Below, piece after piece: positions 1-8,689 of a DNA stretch of 42,416 nucleotides. The DNA is from a virus. Its lineage: Duplodnaviria > Caudoviricetes. Position numbers and translations under genes: made by a program. Positions within the stretch are counted from its first letter, which is position 1; every line of letters begins with the position of its first letter. The notes beneath the pieces were generated by a model. It made no database searches, had not been told where the DNA came from, and saw nothing but the letters and a program-made list of their open reading frames with translations. Location: IMG/VR virus record IMGVR_UViG_3300033233_000074, positions 1 through 42,416 of that record; one strand, written 5' to 3'.

Positions 1-64
1 ACCCCACCCCCTCCAAAACACCCCCCCACACCACACACCCCCCCCGGGGGGGGGGGGACTGGGA

Positions 65-2251
65 TTGTATTCCGTATCAGACTTGTTCAAACATTATCTA
101 TCCCAGTCTGATAGGCAGTTTGAAATCAAAACTGTAATTGATGGCAAAACATACGATAACACATCAGTCATTGAGTTCTCCATCGAGGACAGCATTGTCC
201 CTTCCGAGGAATTCACGCTGGGTTCAGTAATCTCTGCCAAGTTAACCCTCTCTATTCGAACATCCGATACTATCGCGAATAACGCTCAAGTACAACCATA
301 TGTAAGAATGTACGGCAACGACGGATATACCGAGTGGCTTCCTTTGGGGGTTTTTTACATCGACTCAAGAACTTATCAAAATAACGTTTGGAAGTTTACT
401 TGTTTTGATAAGTTGATAACTTCCCAGCAGGATTATGTTTCTGGACTAGCTTTTCCTGTCTCGATGCAGGAGGTTTGGGATGAAATCTGTAACGCGCTAG
501 ATGATTATATTCCGCTTTCTGGTGTGTCGTGGGAATGGCCATTCGATTTTACTGTTGCAGGCGATGTTCTGACGCAGCCTTGTTTTTATATTGACTCTGG
601 TGTCAAAATCGACCCGACATATAATATCCCTTATAAGCCGGATGGGCTCTATACTATGCGTGATATGATGGGGTATATTGCTTCGGCGCATGCTTCTAGC
701 GTAAAGATGACCAGGGAGGGGCAACTAAAGTTCGTAAAATTTGCGCCTGAAACAGAAATTACCCCGATCGGCCCATCCGAGTTCTTTCGGTGTGATCAAA
801 CGAATCCGTTAAAAGGCTACACCAGGGTTGTGCTCACTTACAATGCAGACGGTGAAACTCTGGAAGTTGGTACTGGAGACGACGATCATACTCTCAATTT
901 TTATAACCCCTTCATGGACCAAGTTATGTTAAATGACGTGTATGACGTCATCAGCGGCCAAAGCCTTCAGCCTTTATCTACCAATTGGCCTTTTGACCAA
1001 ACTGTCCTAGATGACCCTGCGTCAACGTATAGCGAATTAAGCTATATTCCGTTCAGTATGTCTTGGAAGGGTAGGCCAGATCTTGATGTTGGAGACTTTA
1101 TATCAGTAACTCAACGGGACGGCTCCATAATCAGATCCATGCTTTTATCGAATAAGCTTGATTTCAAGGGTGGCCTAAAAGAAGAAAGTGCGGCCCAGTC
1201 AACTTCGGCTCAAAAAAGCGAGTTCACCTACAAAGGTACATTGCAGAGTAGATTCAACGACCTTAGGACTAAATCATTGCAGCTAGACCAACCCTACTAT
1301 GGGGTTACAATCGGCAGAGCTTATGGAATCAAAGTTGAGAAGTCAGATGGTTCCAGCAAGGCTATCTTTAACAGCGATGCTATTGAGATTCTTAAAGGTG
1401 GCACAGAAAAAGTTTTCTACACAGATGTCAACGGCGACTTACAAATCGCAGGGTTTATTAAGGCAAAAGGTCTAGTCATTTCTGATGGCTCTTCTCTTCT
1501 AACTCCCGATGGAACAAAGATAGCCGGTACAAAAATAGACAGCAATGGGCTGACCCTTGGAACCGGAGCAAGTATAGATTGGACCAAGGTAAATGCGCCC
1601 AATGCTGCTCAAGTGGGTGCTAGGCCGGATACTTGGATGCCTACAGCAGCAGATGTCGGGGCGCTGGCAACTAACTGGGTCGGAACAACTCATATTGATT
1701 CAAATGGGCTCTATACCGGTACAATCAACGCTAACCAAATTAATGTGGGATATCTGACAGGATTCACAGTTCGGACGTCCTCAGGAAGCTCCAGAATTGA
1801 GATGAATGGGACTGACTTGACATCCTACTATTCGGGCTATACTTCAATTAAACTTACTACATCAACCCTAGAATTTTGGGGTAGTGGAAGTTATCTTGGA
1901 TACCATTCAGGCAAAATTTTTGGCAACGGGCACGCTATGGGGTTGGATGCAGATACTGGTTTTATATTTACGCAAGCAGGCTCCTATCTTCTGAATATGG
2001 GCCTAGGGACGACTTTTCTATACAGTAACCTTGTGTTAACCGGGGCTAACGCTGATATGACCTGTTACAACCTAAAAGCGGTTGCCGTTAAAAGTTCTAT
2101 TGGAGACAATATCATACGACTAGATAATGGCTGTTATATCGAATCCTTGTCAGACGGGATAAGATTACACTTTAATGCAAGCAACTATTTCTACATTGGA
2201 ACGAGTGGAGCTTACGCTGTTGTAAACGGGACGTGGACCAGATTGGCTTAG
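65..2251 (+). CDS. Phage minor tail / baseplate hub (Tal-like) protein with beta-rich C-terminal spike region
   Basis: 728 aa ORF. The N-terminus resembles Firmicutes siphophage tail proteins (EWLPLGVFYID, W-GRPDLDVGD) and the C-terminus is G/S/T-rich. It lies upstream of fibre and lysis genes. The TTG start abuts low-complexity contig-end sequence, so the start is uncertain. Confidence 0.75.
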   Translation: MYSVSDLFKHYLSQSDRQFEIKTVIDGKTYDNTSVIEFSIEDSIVPSEEFTLGSVISAKLTLSIRTSDTIANNAQVQPYVRMYGNDGYTEWLPLGVFYIDSRTYQNNVWKFTCFDKLITSQQDYVSGLAFPVSMQEVWDEICNALDDYIPLSGVSWEWPFDFTVAGDVLTQPCFYIDSGVKIDPTYNIPYKPDGLYTMRDMMGYIASAHASSVKMTREGQLKFVKFAPETEITPIGPSEFFRCDQTNPLKGYTRVVLTYNADGETLEVGTGDDDHTLNFYNPFMDQVMLNDVYDVISGQSLQPLSTNWPFDQTVLDDPASTYSELSYIPFSMSWKGRPDLDVGDFISVTQRDGSIIRSMLLSNKLDFKGGLKEESAAQSTSAQKSEFTYKGTLQSRFNDLRTKSLQLDQPYYGVTIGRAYGIKVEKSDGSSKAIFNSDAIEILKGGTEKVFYTDVNGDLQIAGFIKAKGLVISDGSSLLTPDGTKIAGTKIDSNGLTLGTGASIDWTKVNAPNAAQVGARPDTWMPTAADVGALATNWVGTTHIDSNGLYTGTINANQINVGYLTGFTVRTSSGSSRIEMNGTDLTSYYSGYTSIKLTTSTLEFWGSGSYLGYHSGKIFGNGHAMGLDADTGFIFTQAGSYLLNMGLGTTFLYSNLVLTGANADMTCYNLKAVAVKSSIGDNIIRLDNGCYIESLSDGIRLHFNASNYFYIGTSGAYAVVNGTWTRLA

Positions 2252-2264
2252 GGAGACGGTTAAC

Positions 2265-2486
2265 ATGAAAGACCCACAAACGTCACGCAAATTAGAAAAG
2301 ATTGGCAATAGTTACGTAGAGACTCACACTACGGTTCAACAGTTCTCTCTTGCTGAAATTATCGGGATGAAATCCAATATTGAGACTGAGCTAGCGATGA
2401 TCTCGTTACAGAGAAAGGCTTTGGATGACAGAGAAACTGAACTGAAAGATAAACTGAATCAAATTGTTTTGCTTATTAATCAGTAG
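2265..2486 (+). CDS. Small coiled-coil hypothetical protein (tail module)
   Basis: 73 aa ORF, GGGAG RBS, directly after the tail gene. Confidence 0.65.
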   Translation: MKDPQTSRKLEKIGNSYVETHTTVQQFSLAEIIGMKSNIETELAMISLQRKALDDRETELKDKLNQIVLLINQ

Positions 2487-2499
2487 GGGAGGAGAATTT

Positions 2500-2643
2500 G
2501 TGGAAGTTGACGCTAATGCCGTAATAGCCCGTCTGTCAAAACAGATAGGCGAGCTTACTGTCGCGCTGGCCGTAAGGGATGTTCAAATTGAGGTATTGTC
2601 GCAACAACTAGCTGACGCTCAGGCTCAAAACCACAAAAAATAA
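2500..2643 (+). CDS. Small coiled-coil protein, possible tail-fibre chaperone (47 aa, not in ORF track)
   Basis: GGAGGAG RBS then GTG; reads VEVDANAVIARLSKQIGELTVALAVRDVQIE...; TAA at 2641-2643. Confidence 0.65.
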   Translation: MEVDANAVIARLSKQIGELTVALAVRDVQIEVLSQQLADAQAQNHKK

Positions 2644-2662
2644 GATTGAGGAGGGATAAAAT

Positions 2663-4042
2663 TTGGCTTGGCAATATTCAACTAGATTGCGTTGCTATAC
2701 TGGAGTTTCAACGGATCCGAAACCGACTACAGGCATAGATAGGGACTCTTTGGCCTACGAGTATGATACAGGAAATGTTTATATCTTTGATGCGACAACG
2801 TGGTGTCTAAAAAGTACAGGTATTGCGGCAACTGTGCAAATCGGGGCAGCTCTCCCAGCCGGGACCAACAACATCGGCGACGTGGATGTAGCAAGCCTTC
2901 CGGCGTTGCCAGCCGGGACCAACGTCATCGGTAAAGTCGGTATCGATACCGCGGCCAATACTGTTAAGATTGATTCCAGCAACAACACAGTAAAGGACAA
3001 CGATGTCGGAGCTGGGGCAACCGGCATTACCATGCCTGCCGGTGGCAGCGGAAAACTTGGTTGGCTAAGCGGTATTTATGATCGGTTGTCCAAGGTTGTG
3101 CTTGCTGCGGGTACAGCTATTATTGGCAAGGTCGGCATTGACCAAACAACTGACGGTACTACCAACCGAGTTGTGGCCAAAATTAGTCAAGCAGCCGGGG
3201 AAAACGTCGTAACCACTGCAGATGGCGGGATAGCTACGATTGGAGCTAAGGCAGATGCTGCTGTAGTTGACCCGACGCTGTCAGCTAGCGAGGTTGCTCT
3301 GCTCAAGGGGATCATGAAGCAGCTCCAAGGCGCTGGCTCAGGGGCGGCTCCAATCGCATTGGCCTCAGGGACTCCAACTACAGCCACGCTTCAAAATGCG
3401 GCAGGGGCTGTAGGAAACGGAACTTCGATGGATGTATCCGGGCTTGCGGTCGCAACCTTGGACGTCCAGGGAACGTTCGTAGCTACGGTGGTATTTGAAG
3501 GCTCAGTGGACGACACGGTGTGGTATCCTTTGAATGCTACCAACCTGGGAACAGGCCTCATTGCCAGCTCGACCACAGGCAATGGAGTCTTTCAGATTAG
3601 CGTCGCAGGGCTCAAGAGTATCCGCGCTCGGATCAGTGCATGGACATCAGGAACAATCACGGTCAAGGGGAGAGGAACGCCATTAGCAGCATCAGAGAAG
3701 GCTGTTTCGATAACTGGGAGTTTAGCGAATGTCCCGATTGACATAAAGGCAAATATCGAAACCACAACCTCTGCGCCTGTGGTCGGGGTGAAAACAGTGA
3801 CTGCTACTGCTGCTGAGATTTTTGCCGGCGCTTCTGCTAAAGCAAGTAGACGCAAGCTTATCATAAAAAATGAGGACTCTATTCTCCGCTTTAGGATCGG
3901 CTCGTCGAGTGTAACACAGCAGACAGGCTTCCCTGTGGAACCTGGTGCTAGCGTAGAGTTTCAATTTGATCCGACTGTAGTAGTACCGATTTACGCAATT
4001 TCTGAAGGTGCAAATCTAAATGTGGCGGTGATGGAGTTATGA
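2663..4042 (+). CDS. Tail fibre-like virion structural protein, apparently mosaic
   Basis: 459 aa, A/G/T-rich, internal repeats LPAGTNNIGDV / LPAGTNVIGKV / LAAGTAIIGKV; GAGGAGG RBS. Confidence 0.7.
   Translation: MAWQYSTRLRCYTGVSTDPKPTTGIDRDSLAYEYDTGNVYIFDATTWCLKSTGIAATVQIGAALPAGTNNIGDVDVASLPALPAGTNVIGKVGIDTAANTVKIDSSNNTVKDNDVGAGATGITMPAGGSGKLGWLSGIYDRLSKVVLAAGTAIIGKVGIDQTTDGTTNRVVAKISQAAGENVVTTADGGIATIGAKADAAVVDPTLSASEVALLKGIMKQLQGAGSGAAPIALASGTPTTATLQNAAGAVGNGTSMDVSGLAVATLDVQGTFVATVVFEGSVDDTVWYPLNATNLGTGLIASSTTGNGVFQISVAGLKSIRARISAWTSGTITVKGRGTPLAASEKAVSITGSLANVPIDIKANIETTTSAPVVGVKTVTATAAEIFAGASAKASRRKLIIKNEDSILRFRIGSSSVTQQTGFPVEPGASVEFQFDPTVVVPIYAISEGANLNVAVMEL
3706..3729. other. Candidate tyrosine-recombinase site S1 (inside the fibre gene)
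   Basis: TTCGATAA-ctgggagt-TTAGCGAA: 8-bp inverted arms (7/8 match) around an 8-bp asymmetric spacer. Confidence 0.5.
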
Positions 4043-4248
4043 TGCACGAATTTGTTAGCAATTTAGACGGTACGACGACAATAAAAGTTGATTTTTCTGA
4101 TGAAGGCGTCCAATTAATTGGAGAGACATCTATTAAGGGTGATGCCGTTTCTTACTTGCCTGTGTTTGAGGAGGATTTGCGTCGTAATTTTCCAGATAAA
4201 TTTCCCATGCCGATAGTTATCTCAGATACGAATGGAGGAATGATTTAA
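4039..4248 (+). CDS. Hypothetical protein in the receptor-binding cassette
   Basis: 69 aa ORF translationally coupled to both neighbours. Confidence 0.7.
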   Translation: MMHEFVSNLDGTTTIKVDFSDEGVQLIGETSIKGDAVSYLPVFEEDLRRNFPDKFPMPIVISDTNGGMI

Positions 4249-5471
4249 TGAGATATATTCCCGGCAATACAACTCAACAGCAAATCATTAACGCAATTTA
4301 CGATGCAGAGATGAAGTTGACTGAACGCTACGACAGAGATGGAGCAATAACCGATGCAGCAGAGCAGAAAAAATGGTGTGAACTTATTCGAGACGCCTCA
4401 TTTGGCAGGAATACGGTTATATTTGATGACCAGGGTAACCCCTCAGTTATGGTTGTTTTTCCCTTGCAAAAACAAGTTGACTTGATACCTGGAGGAACGC
4501 AAACTGCTCATTACGCCTTCATTGTGAATAACTCGATAAAGCCAAGACTGTATATCGCCAAGTATCAATGTTTTACTGTTGGTTCCGGCACAACTTTAAG
4601 AGCTGTCAGTCTCAAGGGCAAAGACCCTGCTGTTAACATCATTTTTGATAATGCAATTCTCGCGTGTACACAAAAAGGCACTGGCTGGCACTTAATGACT
4701 AACGCAGAGTGGGCAGCCATCGCTCTCTGGACTAAAAAACAAGGGTTTATGCCGCGCGGAAATAATAATTTTGGTACAGACATCAATGTTAGCACTGAAA
4801 CTGGAATCATGAGCTATTACGACTCCGGATCTGGGAAAGTAGGAAGAGTGACAACTGGTTCCGGGCCTATATCATGGTCACATGATGGTAGTCCGTTTGG
4901 TATCTTCGACCTTAACGGAAACGTCTGGGAATGGGTCGGAGGTTTACGACTCAAAGACGGCGAAATCCAAGTCATTAAGGATAATGATGCAGCTATCAAT
5001 ACTGCTGATCAATCAGCTACAAGCTCCTTATGGCAGGCAATCCTGCAAGATGGAACTTTGGTCGCTCCGGGTACTGCGAACACGCTGAAGTACGATAATA
5101 CGACTGCTGGTGATTCTACAACAACCAGCCATGATGTTGGTGGTGATATCAGAGTCAATACAACAGTGGCCAATCCGAACTATATTCCTGGTGGGCAAGT
5201 TGATTACGGTTACTCTAATACGGCATTTGAATCGATTACGGCTGCAGCTGGCGTAACTATTCCGGTATTATTACAAGCACTTGGTCTCTATCCTATTGAT
5301 GCCAGTCACGGCGTAGACGGAGTGTGGTCTCGGAACTATGGCGAACGCCTCTCGTTTCGTGGCGGCAACTGGAGCGTCGGTGCCGGTGCAGGTGTGTTTA
5401 GCTTGAATCTGAGCAACCCTCGGTCGTACGCGAACACGAGCATCGGGTTTCGCTCCGCTTTTGTCCTCTGA
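4248..5471 (+). CDS. Major tropism determinant (Mtd)-like, FGE-type C-type-lectin-fold receptor-binding protein; DGR target type
   Basis: Motifs GWHLMTNAEW, GIFDLNGNVWEW and C-terminal RGGNW...GVFSLNLSNPRS...IGFRSAF, typical of DGR-diversified CLec proteins. Confidence 0.85.
   Translation: MRYIPGNTTQQQIINAIYDAEMKLTERYDRDGAITDAAEQKKWCELIRDASFGRNTVIFDDQGNPSVMVVFPLQKQVDLIPGGTQTAHYAFIVNNSIKPRLYIAKYQCFTVGSGTTLRAVSLKGKDPAVNIIFDNAILACTQKGTGWHLMTNAEWAAIALWTKKQGFMPRGNNNFGTDINVSTETGIMSYYDSGSGKVGRVTTGSGPISWSHDGSPFGIFDLNGNVWEWVGGLRLKDGEIQVIKDNDAAINTADQSATSSLWQAILQDGTLVAPGTANTLKYDNTTAGDSTTTSHDVGGDIRVNTTVANPNYIPGGQVDYGYSNTAFESITAAAGVTIPVLLQALGLYPIDASHGVDGVWSRNYGERLSFRGGNWSVGAGAGVFSLNLSNPRSYANTSIGFRSAFVL
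5340..5460 (+). other. DGR variable-region (VR)-like segment
   Basis: Positions that are AAC in canonical TRs appear here as NNC codons (agc, gtc, gcc, agc, agc, aac, tac, aac, agc) between conserved scaffold codons. Confidence 0.7.
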
Positions 5472-5484
5472 GTTAATGTATGAC

Positions 5485-5508
5485 TTCGCTAAAGACCCAA
5501 AATTAGAA
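5485..5508. other. Candidate tyrosine-recombinase site S2
   Basis: TTCGCTAA-agacccaa-AATTAGAA; 17/24 identical to the reverse complement of S1; starts 14 nt after the Mtd-like stop codon. Confidence 0.45.
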
Positions 5509-5521
5509 GGAAGGGACCGCC

Positions 5522-5599
5522 ATGCCCTATATTCTGGCCTATCTTGCAGTGCTTGCGTTGCTTTTACTTTTCAATTATGGTGCTCATTACAGCGGTTAG
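5522..5599 (+). CDS. 25-aa hydrophobic peptide (MPYILAYLAVLALLLLFNYGAHYSG)
   Basis: GAAGGGA RBS, ATG at 5522, TAG at 5597-5599; one TM-like stretch. Confidence 0.45.
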   Translation: MPYILAYLAVLALLLLFNYGAHYSG

Positions 5600-5600
5600 A

Positions 5601-5640
5601 AGAAAAAGAGAGCCCTTGGCCGCAATGACCAAGGGCTAAG
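5601..5640 (-). terminator. Intrinsic terminator for the recombinase gene (possibly bidirectional)
   Basis: Stem agcccttgg/ccaagggct with an A-tract on its left side. Confidence 0.7.
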
Positions 5641-5642
5641 TC

Positions 5643-6470
5643 TTATATCGCTGAATATTTGTCGTACATGTTCATTTTGGTCTGCTCGTCTAGCATCGCG
5701 TAACGCTTGGTCGTATCCGGTCTGGCGTGCCCTAATTCATCCTGGATGAATCCTAAGTCGGCGCCGTTCTTGTAGAGGTTGGTGGCGAAGGTGTGGCGCA
5801 TTACGTGGGGAGTAACCTTCGCCCGAAGGCCGGCTGCCATGCCTATCTCTTTTATCTGCATTTCCACGGACCGCACTGACAGGCGCTGGCCATACTTATT
5901 GATAAACAACGCAGGGTTATTGTCTTTGCGCTCAGCAAGGTAAGCCATTAAGCAGAACTTTGCGATGACCGAGAAGTGAACGAGCCTTTCCTTGTTACCC
6001 TTCCCGCGAACCTTAATCCGGCGGAAGTTCATGTCGAGGTCGGCACGGTTCAATTGTATCATTTCCGAGATCCGCATTCCACTGCTCACCAGGAGTTCCA
6101 GAATGGCCTGATTGCGAGTGCTTTTCTCGTGGAACCGCAACCGATCGAATTCCTCTTTGGTCAACGCCTTGGGCAACACAACAGCCTCCTTGGGGGTCTT
6201 GATTTTGCGGGTAGGGTTCTTCTCTAAGTACTCTTCTTCGACGAGCCAGGTGTAAAAGGCCTTCACCGTGGAAATCTTCCGGGCAATCGAGTTTTGAGCC
6301 ATGTGCTGGAACTGTAGGAGATATTGACGAAGGTCGTTTGTTGTAGCCTCGATGGTGGGTTTGTCCAGGTATGCGGCAAGTTTAAGCAGCTCCCGTTTGT
6401 ATTGTTCAAGGGTGCCAGTGGCTAGGCCGTCAAGTTTTCTAGCGGTCAAGAATTCTTGGACGTATCGCAT
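5643..6470 (-). CDS. XerC/XerD-like tyrosine recombinase
   Basis: SAM-like N-terminal domain; catalytic motifs SGMRISE, GKGNKER, HVMRHTFAT, LGHA...TKRY. Confidence 0.95.
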   Translation of the reverse strand: MRYVQEFLTARKLDGLATGTLEQYKRELLKLAAYLDKPTIEATTNDLRQYLLQFQHMAQNSIARKISTVKAFYTWLVEEEYLEKNPTRKIKTPKEAVVLPKALTKEEFDRLRFHEKSTRNQAILELLVSSGMRISEMIQLNRADLDMNFRRIKVRGKGNKERLVHFSVIAKFCLMAYLAERKDNNPALFINKYGQRLSVRSVEMQIKEIGMAAGLRAKVTPHVMRHTFATNLYKNGADLGFIQDELGHARPDTTKRYAMLDEQTKMNMYDKYSAI

Positions 6471-6487
6471 GTCTTTTTGCTCCTCTC

Positions 6488-6594
6488 TTGATGTCTCGGA
6501 GCAAAACCCTTACAATAAGCGTAAGGCACTCCGGTGTCGCAATAAGCACTTCCGTTTGGCTGCCAGGCTGATTAACGGGGTGCTTATTTTATTT
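6488..6594 (+). ncRNA. Candidate cis-antisense sRNA (promoter included) in the recombinase leader
   Basis: TTGATG-17-TACAAT at 6488-6516, then hairpin aataagcac/gtgcttatt followed by a T-tract. Confidence 0.45.
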
Positions 6595-6771
6595 CAGTTG
6601 ATCAAGAATAATTTCAATTTTCCTTTTTTCTTCTTCGCTACGACTTTGTTCCCATGTTACAAATGCTTGTTTGAGAACGGATGTTTTGTCCGTATTGAGG
6701 ATTAAAGCCCAGGCAGAGATGCGCTTTAATATTTCGTCGTCAAACCTGTAGGCCGTAGCCTTTGTGACCAA
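6589..6771 (-). CDS. Small ribbon-helix-helix-like DNA-binding protein
   Basis: 60 aa, ATAYRFDDEILKRI strand-helix pattern, GGAGG RBS; co-oriented upstream of the recombinase. Confidence 0.6.
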   Translation of the reverse strand: MVTKATAYRFDDEILKRISAWALILNTDKTSVLKQAFVTWEQSRSEEEKRKIEIILDQLK

Positions 6772-6945
6772 ACTAAACCACCTCCATTTCTAGGACAAGT
6801 ATACCACCGTATTAAATGCAATACAAGAGGAAAGGACGGATATACTTATTCTATCTGAGCTGGAAGACTCTATTTCGAACACAACGACATCTCAATTGGC
6901 GTAGGTGGATCAACGTCTGCCGAGGGCGTTATTATACCGAAAGGG

Positions 6946-7203
6946 GTGGGTGGATTGACCGAACCAGAATTACTTATGGAAATTCGGGAGCGCCTGGTGC
7001 GTGTGGAAACAAAGCTGGACAATCAGAATGGTCTGCGGGAAAAAGTCGATACCCTGGAAGCTAAAACGACCGAAGTTGAAGCCAGAGCAAAGTCAAATAC
7101 CCATCGAATTGATCGGTTGGAAGCAAACAACACATGGCTCTGGCGTACTGTCGTTGGGGCCATTATTAGTGCTGCGGTTGCTGCGCTAGCTATTTTCAAA
7201 TGA
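6946..7203 (+). CDS. xhlA: XhlA (hemolysin)-family lysis membrane protein
   Basis: ERLVRVETK...HRIDRLEANNTWLWRTVVGAII plus a C-terminal TM segment; precedes the endolysin. True start may be TTG at 6955. Confidence 0.85.
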   Translation: MGGLTEPELLMEIRERLVRVETKLDNQNGLREKVDTLEAKTTEVEARAKSNTHRIDRLEANNTWLWRTVVGAIISAAVAALAIFK

Positions 7204-7219
7204 GAGGAGGGATTTAGAG

Positions 7220-8029
7220 ATGCCTAAAATATGCATTGACCCAGGGCATGGCGGTCGGGATTCTGGAGCAGTTGGTCCGAGTACCTATGAAAAGAATAAC
7301 GTACTTCAGTTAGCTCAAAAAATTGCAGCTATCTTGCAGGCAAGTGGGATAGAGACAGTGCTTACTCACTCCGATGACCGGGATTTTTGCCCCGGTTATT
7401 TTAATGTCGATGAAGACTTGCAGAACCGGGTAGCTGTGGCCAATAGTTCTGGCGCTGATATTTTTATATCACTCCACAACAACAGTGGTGGTGGCAATGG
7501 TAATGAGGTCTATGCCCTGCAGCCGGGTGGCCCGGGGGGGAAGTTGGCGCAATGCATCCATGCCCGAATGCTCGGTCTCAGTATGGCTGACCGCGGCGTC
7601 AAGTTCGCTGGGTGGTATGTAGTTCGCAAAACTACGATGCCGGCAGTGCTCGTGGAATATGGTTTTATCGACACTGAAGAGAGTCTAATTCTGGCTAAAA
7701 TGGACCAGGCGGCTTTGACCATTGCTCAGGGGATTGGGGATTATCTCGGAATAGAGGTTAAGGGGGAAGACGACGTGCTCAAAGATGCAATCGTCATGTT
7801 CAGCGACGAGGACTACTGGGCCGCAAAGGACGTAAACGCCAAACATGGGAATAGCCTTGCGATTTTTAACCGGGATCGGAAGACGGAGGCACCGCAAGAT
7901 GCCATGAAGGCGGAACACATCTTCACCATCGGCGGGCCGCCGACCGGGCATAAGAACGAAACCCTGTTGTCTGGTCAGAACAAGTACGAGACCGCTGCCA
8001 AGGTCGGCCAATACCTGGCTCAAAACTAA
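7220..8029 (+). CDS. Endolysin: N-acetylmuramoyl-L-alanine amidase (Amidase_3) with C-terminal cell-wall-binding region
   Basis: ICIDPGHGGRDSGA, FISLHNN, PAVLVEYGFID motifs; C-terminal IGG...LSGQNKYETA resembles a CW_binding_2 repeat. Confidence 0.93.
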   Translation: MPKICIDPGHGGRDSGAVGPSTYEKNNVLQLAQKIAAILQASGIETVLTHSDDRDFCPGYFNVDEDLQNRVAVANSSGADIFISLHNNSGGGNGNEVYALQPGGPGGKLAQCIHARMLGLSMADRGVKFAGWYVVRKTTMPAVLVEYGFIDTEESLILAKMDQAALTIAQGIGDYLGIEVKGEDDVLKDAIVMFSDEDYWAAKDVNAKHGNSLAIFNRDRKTEAPQDAMKAEHIFTIGGPPTGHKNETLLSGQNKYETAAKVGQYLAQN

Positions 8030-8072
8030 CGGTCCCTATTGGGGAACCCAAAAATAAAGGAGAGGATACGGA

Positions 8073-8594
8073 ATGGATACGACGGCTTTAATCACTTTTG
8101 CAATGGCCCTGGTGGTCATAGCTGTATTTTTCGGCACGATGTTTGGCATCCAGCTGGCGGTAGCCAAGGGCAAAAACTTACAGCCAGTTTTGCAAACGGC
8201 GGACACGGTCATAGATGCAGCCAAAGCAGCAAACGATTCTGTCGGCAAACTGTTAATCCCCGAGCCAGCGGAAAGCATTATCGATAAAGTTTTGACCGTA
8301 GCGCAATCAGGAGTCCACGAAGCAGAACAGCTTTATCAAAGTGGCCAGCTGCCGCCGGATCTCCGGAAGGAACAGGCCGTGCAGTCGGCGTTAAATTTAT
8401 TGAAGCTGGAAGGCAGAGAAATCACCCCAGAGATAGAGGCGGCTTTGCGCGGGGCCGTTGAGGATGCGGTCTATATTATGAAATCCACATCTCCGGGAAG
8501 TTCTGGAACGCAACCGGTTCAAGTACCTTATACACCTCAAGATCCGTCTCCTCAGGTGCCAGATGCACCTGCTCAAGATGCACCAGCTGTATAA
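8073..8594 (+). CDS. Phage holin (LL-H-like)
   Basis: N-terminal TM segment; VHEAEQL...RKEQAV...IEAALRGAV pattern; follows the endolysin. Confidence 0.75.
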   Translation: MDTTALITFAMALVVIAVFFGTMFGIQLAVAKGKNLQPVLQTADTVIDAAKAANDSVGKLLIPEPAESIIDKVLTVAQSGVHEAEQLYQSGQLPPDLRKEQAVQSALNLLKLEGREITPEIEAALRGAVEDAVYIMKSTSPGSSGTQPVQVPYTPQDPSPQVPDAPAQDAPAV

Positions 8595-8600
8595 ACTGTT

Positions 8601-8628
8601 GCCCTCTGCTTCGGCAGGGGGCTTTTTT
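8601..8628 (+). terminator. Intrinsic terminator of the late/lysis operon
   Basis: gccctctgc-TTCG-gcagggggc followed by TTTTTT. Confidence 0.9.
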
Positions 8629-8689
8629 GTTTTCAATGAACAAATAATATATGTAAAGGCCAGTCATGCACACTGGCTCGATGCGGGAT

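Noticed and set aside
1-60. C/A-rich then poly-G stretch that could suggest a telomere or G-quadruplex
   Set aside because: Low-complexity sequence at the window edge, most likely a sequencing or assembly artefact.
5640-5675. Third recombinase site at the end of the recombinase gene (ATCGCTGAA...)
   Set aside because: Only a partial arm; the spacing does not match S1 or S2.
5340-6470. Complete DGR
   Set aside because: No template repeat, Avd or reverse transcriptase found by eye in the window; only the target gene is supported.
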